From positions 64,001-128,000 of IMG/VR virus record IMGVR_UViG_3300025237_000001: 64,000 nucleotides of DNA, one strand, 5' to 3'. The notes beneath the pieces were generated by a model. That model did not search any database. It had not been told where the DNA came from and saw only the letters and a list, made by a program, of their open reading frames with translations. Below, piece by piece: positions 57,528 through 64,000 of the stretch (position 1 is its first letter; each line of letters starts with the position of its first letter). Source of the stretch: a virus. The translations under genes and the position numbers were made by a program.

Positions 57528-58595
57528 ATGGCAAATAAGCCAAGAAAATATGGTGTAGTTAAAAATGTTAAAAACACCTTACTTGTTGATGGAAACGCTC
57601 TATTTAAATTGGGATTTTTCGGAGCGAAAGATTTGTTTACTAGGGATGGTGACCATATAGGAGGACTATATGTATTTATTACCATCCTTAGAAAACTCCT
57701 TCAAGAGAATTTATACCACAAAGTATTCGTATTTTGGGATGGAAAATTCAGCGGCAAGCAAAGATGGAAACTATACTCAGATTACAAAGGTGACCGAAAT
57801 AAAGATTTTGTCAATGGAACACATCCCATTGATATTCAAGAGAAAACTGAAGTCTTTATTATACGTCAATACTTAGAAGAACTATGTATTAGACAATTGG
57901 TTGATGAAACCGATTCAGGTGTTGAAGCAGATGACTTTATCGCTCAATACTGTCTAACTAAAGCTGATAATGAACATGTAACAATCTGTACTACAGATAG
58001 AGACTTAGCGCAATTAATAGCTGAAGATGTACGAATATACTTCTGCGACTTAAAAGAGTATATATCCTTAAAGAATTATAACGATTTCTTTAAGCATCAC
58101 CAGAGTAATAGTAAATTGATAAAAATCATAGGAGGTGATTCCAGTGATAGTATCAAAGGGATTAAAGGGGTTAAAGAAACCACTTTACTAAAATATTTCC
58201 CAATACTAAAAGAAAGACCAGTAACACTAAACGAGATTATTCAATCAGCTAAGGACCAACTAGAGCTTCGGGCAGAAGAGAAAAAGAAACCACTTAAAGC
58301 ATTAACAAACATAGTAGAATCAATTACAGAAGGTATCCAAGGAAAGGATATCTATAAGATAAATGAGACCATTATTGATTTAAGCAAACCGTTAGTTGAC
58401 GAACCTAATAAGACCTTACTAGAATATATTAAAGGTCCGATGGGTGACTTCGATGAACGAGGAATCAAAAACGTTTACACTTACATGAAACGTGATGGTA
58501 TGGATAAAGAAATCGAATCATTTAGTACCAATTACTTATTACCATTTAAAAAACTAATAGAACGAGAAAAAATACAAACATTAATTAATAAATAA
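57528..58595 (+). CDS. 5'-3' exonuclease / flap nuclease (T4 RNase H-like)
   Basis: LLVDGN, EADD, TDRDLAQL, GGDSSDSIKGIKGV. Confidence 0.9.
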   Translation: MANKPRKYGVVKNVKNTLLVDGNALFKLGFFGAKDLFTRDGDHIGGLYVFITILRKLLQENLYHKVFVFWDGKFSGKQRWKLYSDYKGDRNKDFVNGTHPIDIQEKTEVFIIRQYLEELCIRQLVDETDSGVEADDFIAQYCLTKADNEHVTICTTDRDLAQLIAEDVRIYFCDLKEYISLKNYNDFFKHHQSNSKLIKIIGGDSSDSIKGIKGVKETTLLKYFPILKERPVTLNEIIQSAKDQLELRAEEKKKPLKALTNIVESITEGIQGKDIYKINETIIDLSKPLVDEPNKTLLEYIKGPMGDFDERGIKNVYTYMKRDGMDKEIESFSTNYLLPFKKLIEREKIQTLINK

Positions 58596-58603
58596 ACAAA
58601 ATT

Positions 58604-59167
58604 ATGAGTAACAGAAAAACAGAAATTGTAAAGCCTTTTGAATTCTCTTTGAGAATTAACAACCACATTATTTGTCAACGATACTTTAGTATCAAAAACT
58701 ATAATAATGACAGTAGAGAGTCTATGGAAGTTAAAGAAATGATGGATGATATCATAGGTGTTAATCAACACATACAACTAGGATTAATTCCAGAGTTCTT
58801 CAAGCAACAATGCATTGCAAATTCGTATAAACCTTATTATTCACAAAATAATCATTTAAACGATAAAGTTGATATTTTCACTTTAGAAATTTCTAAGAAT
58901 AATGTGAACCAATTAAAGGGTAAAGATGGTCAGTTTGACATCGAAGATTTACAAAAAGAACTGATTAGTTCTGGAAGCTTTGATGGTAGAGTGTTTCACC
59001 CTAATATCCGATACGAAATCGATATTAGAAGTATAATATCTGACATTATCAGAATAATCCAAGGACATTTAAGCCAGAGAGAATATATCACGGCTTATGG
59101 TGACGTTAAATTAAAACGTTTCAATAAATTAACTTCACAAGAAATGAAGTATGTAAACCAATATTAA
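58604..59167 (+). CDS. Hypothetical protein in the replication operon
   Basis: 187 aa ORF directly upstream of the helicase. Confidence 0.7.
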   Translation: MSNRKTEIVKPFEFSLRINNHIICQRYFSIKNYNNDSRESMEVKEMMDDIIGVNQHIQLGLIPEFFKQQCIANSYKPYYSQNNHLNDKVDIFTLEISKNNVNQLKGKDGQFDIEDLQKELISSGSFDGRVFHPNIRYEIDIRSIISDIIRIIQGHLSQREYITAYGDVKLKRFNKLTSQEMKYVNQY

Positions 59168-59170
59168 AAA

Positions 59171-60595
59171 ATGAGTGACATCAACAAGGACACTGGATTT
59201 GGATTTTTAGGAATTCCCTACCAAAGAAGGTTGATTACTCAATTTATTACAGACCACAAATTTGCTACAAATATAATGAGTATCGTAGACCCAAACTACT
59301 TTACTGATTTATATTTGAGAATTATAGCATCGGAAATTAAAAATGCGTTTGAAGTAGATGAAGTAATTCCAGATATGGATAGTCTAAGATTTAGACTTAA
59401 CAGTAGGAGTGATAATGATACTACTAAATTATATATAAAAGCACAAATTGATGAAATAGAAGATAGTTCATTGAATGACTCAGAGTTTGTCCAAAGTATG
59501 GCAATGAAATTCTGTAAGCAACAAGAACTAAAGAAATCAGTTCACGATATCCAAGAAATAATCGATAAGGGAGATTTAGACTCTTTTGATGAGTGTGAAG
59601 AAATACTTAAAAGAGCGTTAGAAATTGGAAGTGATAAAGACGCTGGTATTGACGTTTTCTATGATATTGAAGATGTGTTAAGAGAAGATTTCAGAAAACC
59701 AATACCAACTGGTATTGATGGATTGGATGATAAGATGAACGGTGGTTTATCTAAGGGTGAATTAGGAGTGATATTAGCACCATTCGGTGTTGGTAAAACA
59801 ACTATGATAACAAAAATTGCAAACGAAGCTTATAATCTAGGTTATAATGTTTTACAAGTGTTTTTCGAAGACATTCCGAAAGTAATTCAAAGAAAACATT
59901 TGTCATGTTGGACTGGTATTGCGTTGAATGATTTAGCAATTGAAGCACATAGACCTTTGATTGATGAAACAATCAAAGCAAAAGCTGATGCTAAAGGTTA
60001 TTTAGAATTAAAGAAATTCCCAAGTGATGGTACTACAATACCAATGATTAAAAATTACGTTAGAAAATTAACTGCCTCTGGTAGAAAACCTGATATTATT
60101 TTAATTGATTACATTGATTGTGTAACATCAACTAAACATTTCGATAAAGGTTATGAAGCTGAAGGACCAATAATGAGACAATTTGAATCATTATTATCCG
60201 AATTTGACATGGCTGGATGGACTGCTATTCAAGGTAATAGAAGTTCTATAAACGCTGATACAGTTGACTCTACCATGATAGGTGGTTCAATCAAGAAAGG
60301 TCAAATTGGACATTTTATTGTATCAATAGCAAAAGATTTAGACCAAAAAGAAGGTGGTAGGGCAAATATGGCAATACTAAAATCTAGATTTGGGGTAGAT
60401 GGGATAGTATTTACAGATATAGTATTTGATAATGCTAGAATTCAAATTGTAATTGAAGAAGGTAAGGCTTTAAAAGCTTCTGAAATGGAAGAATATAAAG
60501 CGGGACAAAATCAAGATAGGATTAATGAATTAATGAATAAAATGAATAATAAGGAAGAGGATTTAATCAAATCAGAAACCGAATTGAATAAATAA
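59171..60595 (+). CDS. dnaB: DnaB/gp41-like replicative helicase
   Basis: IPTG..GLD....GGL..GELGVILAPFGVGKT, ILIDYID, AIQGNR, ILKSRFG. Confidence 0.88.
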   Translation: MSDINKDTGFGFLGIPYQRRLITQFITDHKFATNIMSIVDPNYFTDLYLRIIASEIKNAFEVDEVIPDMDSLRFRLNSRSDNDTTKLYIKAQIDEIEDSSLNDSEFVQSMAMKFCKQQELKKSVHDIQEIIDKGDLDSFDECEEILKRALEIGSDKDAGIDVFYDIEDVLREDFRKPIPTGIDGLDDKMNGGLSKGELGVILAPFGVGKTTMITKIANEAYNLGYNVLQVFFEDIPKVIQRKHLSCWTGIALNDLAIEAHRPLIDETIKAKADAKGYLELKKFPSDGTTIPMIKNYVRKLTASGRKPDIILIDYIDCVTSTKHFDKGYEAEGPIMRQFESLLSEFDMAGWTAIQGNRSSINADTVDSTMIGGSIKKGQIGHFIVSIAKDLDQKEGGRANMAILKSRFGVDGIVFTDIVFDNARIQIVIEEGKALKASEMEEYKAGQNQDRINELMNKMNNKEEDLIKSETELNK

Positions 60596-60621
60596 TAATA
60601 AATAAAAAGAATTAAACACAC

Positions 60622-61581
60622 ATGAGTAAATATTTAAATATAGATAACGGTAACAGAGATACAAAATTCCCAATAATTCATGGTGAACTTTGGGAATTTT
60701 ATAAAAAGCAACAATCCAAAATATGGACAGCTGAAGAATTAGACTTATCAAAAGATACATTGGAGGGTATTCCCGAAGGTGAAGTCATTATACTAAAAAA
60801 CCTCTTAGCGTTTTTTGGGGTTTCAGATACATTGGTACAAGATAACTTGGCTGATGAAATAGTATCAGAATTTTCAGAAATTGAGGAAATGAAGTCTAAT
60901 TACGTGTATCAAGCGTACATTGAAGATGTACATAGTGAAACTTATTCATTAATGATTGAGCAATTAATAAATAATGAGGAAGAAAAACAAGCTATGTTTA
61001 AAGCTATTCAAACTAATCCAGTAGTCGCTGCTAAAGTAAAGTGGGCTAAAAAATGGTTAGAAGAAGGTACTTTAGTTCAAAGAGTAGTTGCGTTTTCCTT
61101 ATTAGAAGGTATGGGTTTTTCAAGTACTTTCGCTGTACTTATGTTCTTTAGATTACGATATCCTCAATTAGCTGGTTTAGGTCAAGCAAATGAATTAATT
61201 CTTCAAGATGAAGTGTTACATATGCATCTAGGAATAAACGTCTATAACAAGTATATCAAAGAAGAATATAAATTACCAGCTGAAGAAATAAAAGAAATGA
61301 TTTTGGAATGTTATGAAACAGAAAAGATTTTTGTAGAGTCAATTTATAGTGGTAGCTTTGTATTAGGCTTACCTAAAGAAAAATTAATCCAATACATTCA
61401 ATATGTAACGGATAGTTTATTAATATACTATAATATAGAAACGGTATTCAAAGTAGAACAACCATTTGACTTTATGGCATCATTTTCAATTGTAGAACGT
61501 CAAAATTTCTTTGAAACTAAAGGTGGTGAATATAATAGATTAACCAATATCGGTGGGGATTTAACAATCGAAGATTTTTAA
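60622..61581 (+). CDS. nrdB: Ribonucleotide reductase class Ia, beta subunit
   Basis: IWTAEELDLSKD, EDVHSETY (radical Tyr), LLEG, DEVLH. Confidence 0.93.
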   Translation: MSKYLNIDNGNRDTKFPIIHGELWEFYKKQQSKIWTAEELDLSKDTLEGIPEGEVIILKNLLAFFGVSDTLVQDNLADEIVSEFSEIEEMKSNYVYQAYIEDVHSETYSLMIEQLINNEEEKQAMFKAIQTNPVVAAKVKWAKKWLEEGTLVQRVVAFSLLEGMGFSSTFAVLMFFRLRYPQLAGLGQANELILQDEVLHMHLGINVYNKYIKEEYKLPAEEIKEMILECYETEKIFVESIYSGSFVLGLPKEKLIQYIQYVTDSLLIYYNIETVFKVEQPFDFMASFSIVERQNFFETKGGEYNRLTNIGGDLTIEDF

Positions 61582-61595
61582 AAAAAAAACAATTA

Positions 61596-63767
61596 ATGAA
61601 AATTATTAAAAAAGATGGTTCTAGTCAGAATTTTAACCCAAATAAGGTTCTGACCAGAATAAAAAGAACTGCTAAAAGCTTGAGTTTAAAAATTGACTCA
61701 GACAAATTATCACAAAAAGTAATACCACAAATTCAAGATGGTATGACCACAGATGATATTGATAACTTAGTTGTTATCGAATCACTAGGTTCAGTATACC
61801 TACACCCAGATTATTCAATGATGGCATCAGCTATTGAAATTGATATAACTCAGAAGAACCATATTTTTAAAAAATATGATATCGAGTTAGATTACTCAAG
61901 AGATTATACTTATGATTATCTAGCATGGGCAACATTCAAGAAATCGTATAGAAATGGTGATGAATTACCTCAAGAAATGTACGCTAGAATAGCCTTGGAA
62001 ATGGCTGAAACTAAAGAAGATGCACAATACTTATACGAGATGTTATCTACTAAACAATTAAACTTTGCAACGCCAATCAACTTAACTGCTGGAACTGGTG
62101 AAGGGAGTAATAGGTTCATATCCTGTGATATAAACTTTTTAAAAGAAGATAGTCTTGAGGGAATTATTGACACATTAGGTGAATTAGCTAAATCATCCAA
62201 AGATGGTTCTGGTATTGGAATTTATATTGGAAACCTTAGAAGTTCTAAAAGTAAAGTAGGTGATTTTAACGGTAATGCCGCTGGAATACCTAGGTTCGCT
62301 GATTTAGCTCAAGGAATCGCTAGATTCTTCAATCAAAGAGGTAGAAGGAATGGTGCCTTTGCACTATATGCCCCAATTTGGCATAAAGATATTATCGCTC
62401 ATTTAGAATTAAGATTAAATGAAGGTGATGAAAGATTAAGAACTAGAGATATTTTTAATGGTGTTTGTATTGATGACTTATTTATGGAAGCTCTAATAGA
62501 AGAAAAAGACTATTACTTATTCTGCCCTAACGATATACTTAAAGCGGGGTTAAAACCGTTCTTTGAGTGTTCTCCTGATGAATTCAGAGATGTATACCAA
62601 GAGGCAGTAGATATGGGAATAGGTGAAAAGATTAATCCAAGAACAATTTGGAATAAAATTCTAATGTCACAAGCATCAACTGGAACCCCATATATTGTTT
62701 ATATTGATACCATTAATAGAATGAACATGCAAGAACATTTTGGTAATATTAAAAGTTCTAATTTATGTGTAGAAACTCTTTTATATGCAGATAAAGATGA
62801 AGTAGGGCAATGTGCCTTAGGTTCAATCCCACTAATGACTTGTAAGGATATTAGAGAAGCCTCTAGATTATTAAGTTATAATATTAATAGAGTAATTGAT
62901 ATTAACGTTTATTCTACTGAAAGAGCTAAGAAAGGTGGTTTAGGTCAAAGAACTATAGGTATTGGTGTTGCTGGATTAGCTGAGTATCTTTATTCAAGAG
63001 GAATGAATTTTGAAAGTGAAGAAGGTAAAGAAGCTTTCAAAAATATAATGAGAGAAATATACTTAGGGGCGGTAATTGGTTCACAAGAATATTACGCTAA
63101 ACATAAAAAGACTTTTAGAGATTATGATAAATCATTATATGCTAAAGGTGTATTTAACCCACAAAAATGGGGTGTTCATGAAAATGAAATTGATATTACT
63201 AAACCAGTAGCTAATAGTTTATTCACAGCTCTTATGCCAACAGCCTCATCATCTAATTTATTAGGTTGTACTGAAATGTTTGAAGTACCACAAGGTATGG
63301 TTTATAGAAGAAAATTAGATAAGGGAGAATTTGTAGTAGTACAAAGAAATTTAGTTGAAGATTTAGAAGCGTTAAACCTATGGAATGACGATTTAGCTAA
63401 ACGTATTGTTATGGCTGGTGGAACAATTCAAGGTTTATTTGATATTCCAGAAGAAATTAGAGTTAAATATAAAACGGCTTATGAAGTTTCTCAGAAAAAG
63501 AGAATTGATATGATAAGAGAAGCATTTCCATATATTGACCAATCAACATCATTAAATTTATATTACCCAGATGCTAACTCTGCGAGATTATCATCTGCAT
63601 TAATACATGGGTGGAAGATAGGTAATAAAACTGGTGTGTACTACACTAGGGTACTTAAAAAAGATGCGGAAACAACTGGTGATTTATTTAAAAGAAAAGA
63701 TTCACCAACAACCACTTTAAATAAACCTGATGATTCAGATTTTGAATGTATTGGTTGCTCAGCTTAA
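61596..63767 (+). CDS. nrdA: Ribonucleotide reductase class Ia, alpha subunit with ATP cone
   Basis: IIKKDG ATP cone, SC, SNLCVE, QCALG, MPTASS, GVYY, C-terminal CIGCSA. Confidence 0.95.
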   Translation: MKIIKKDGSSQNFNPNKVLTRIKRTAKSLSLKIDSDKLSQKVIPQIQDGMTTDDIDNLVVIESLGSVYLHPDYSMMASAIEIDITQKNHIFKKYDIELDYSRDYTYDYLAWATFKKSYRNGDELPQEMYARIALEMAETKEDAQYLYEMLSTKQLNFATPINLTAGTGEGSNRFISCDINFLKEDSLEGIIDTLGELAKSSKDGSGIGIYIGNLRSSKSKVGDFNGNAAGIPRFADLAQGIARFFNQRGRRNGAFALYAPIWHKDIIAHLELRLNEGDERLRTRDIFNGVCIDDLFMEALIEEKDYYLFCPNDILKAGLKPFFECSPDEFRDVYQEAVDMGIGEKINPRTIWNKILMSQASTGTPYIVYIDTINRMNMQEHFGNIKSSNLCVETLLYADKDEVGQCALGSIPLMTCKDIREASRLLSYNINRVIDINVYSTERAKKGGLGQRTIGIGVAGLAEYLYSRGMNFESEEGKEAFKNIMREIYLGAVIGSQEYYAKHKKTFRDYDKSLYAKGVFNPQKWGVHENEIDITKPVANSLFTALMPTASSSNLLGCTEMFEVPQGMVYRRKLDKGEFVVVQRNLVEDLEALNLWNDDLAKRIVMAGGTIQGLFDIPEEIRVKYKTAYEVSQKKRIDMIREAFPYIDQSTSLNLYYPDANSARLSSALIHGWKIGNKTGVYYTRVLKKDAETTGDLFKRKDSPTTTLNKPDDSDFECIGCSA

Positions 63768-63778
63768 AAAAAAATAAT

Positions 63779-63925
63779 ATGGAAGATAGGTATTATTTTA
63801 ATGAAGAGTGGAACTCACCAATACCAAAAGAACAATTAAAAGAAAAGGGTAGTTGTTGTGCGTTAGGATGTAAAAATTGTCCGTATACCAAACCAATAGT
63901 GAAAGGTAATGGTAAATTAGAATAA
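63779..63925 (+). CDS. Small Cys-rich protein (DUF5522-like)
   Basis: Not in the track; 48 aa with KGSCCALGCKNCPY. Confidence 0.6.
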   Translation: MEDRYYFNEEWNSPIPKEQLKEKGSCCALGCKNCPYTKPIVKGNGKLE

Positions 63926-63952
63926 AAAAGGTGGGCGTTGCCCACCTTTTTT
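63924..63952 (+). terminator. Intrinsic terminator
   Basis: AAAAAAGGTGGGC-GTT-GCCCACCTTTTTT. Confidence 0.85.
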
Positions 63953-64000
63953 TGTTATAAACTTTATTTTTAGATATTTATTAGTAAAATAATACCATGG

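Noticed and set aside
935-62200. Many short antisense or alternate-frame ORFs in the track (e.g. 935, 3754, 5315, 19931, 23278, 35634, 42145, 46174, 54364)
   Set aside because: They overlap well-supported genes and have shadow-like composition with no motifs or start context.
18475-63767. Inteins or introns in PolB, helicases or RNR
   Set aside because: The reading frames are continuous, with no C/S...HN splice motifs or LAGLIDADG/HNH blocks seen.
1-64000. Stop-codon reassignment as in some large phages
   Set aside because: Core genes are full length in the standard code, and TAA, TAG (4586) and TGA (2231, 18475) all terminate genes sensibly.

Overview
AT-rich segment of a large (jumbo-type) contractile-tailed dsDNA phage with T4-like gene content, read in the standard code. 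No tRNA, rRNA, CRISPR array, integrase or transposase is evident, and the major capsid, portal and a full-length terminase are not in this window. From left to right: a minus-strand block (two glycosyltransferases, dUTPase, HD-like protein, WYL-like and acidic hypothetical proteins); a first fibre cluster built from shuffled modules (6.7-16.9 kb) with an aspartic-protease lipoprotein; neck protein; family B DNA polymerase; a nuclease-less terminase ATPase fused to a ribbon-helix-helix (RHH) domain; glutaredoxin and SNF2 helicase; head closure and two tail-terminator paralogues; a second fibre cluster (27.8-33.4 kb); a small RHH gene divergent from the sheath and tube genes; a tail chaperone with a probable programmed frameshift; tape measure; baseplate genes carrying OmpA-like, LysM-like and M23 domains; and a replication block (gp32-like SSB, UvsX/RecA-like, 5'-3' exonuclease, DnaB-like helicase, NrdB, NrdA). 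Starts without Shine-Dalgarno sequences and a TTG-N20-TAnnTTTG promoter point to a Bacteroidota host (inference). The strongest candidate for an undescribed system is the terminase-ATPase::RHH fusion, together with a second RHH gene and a shared operator-like motif, each in a divergent promoter region. All family assignments are by motif recognition; no database search was run.
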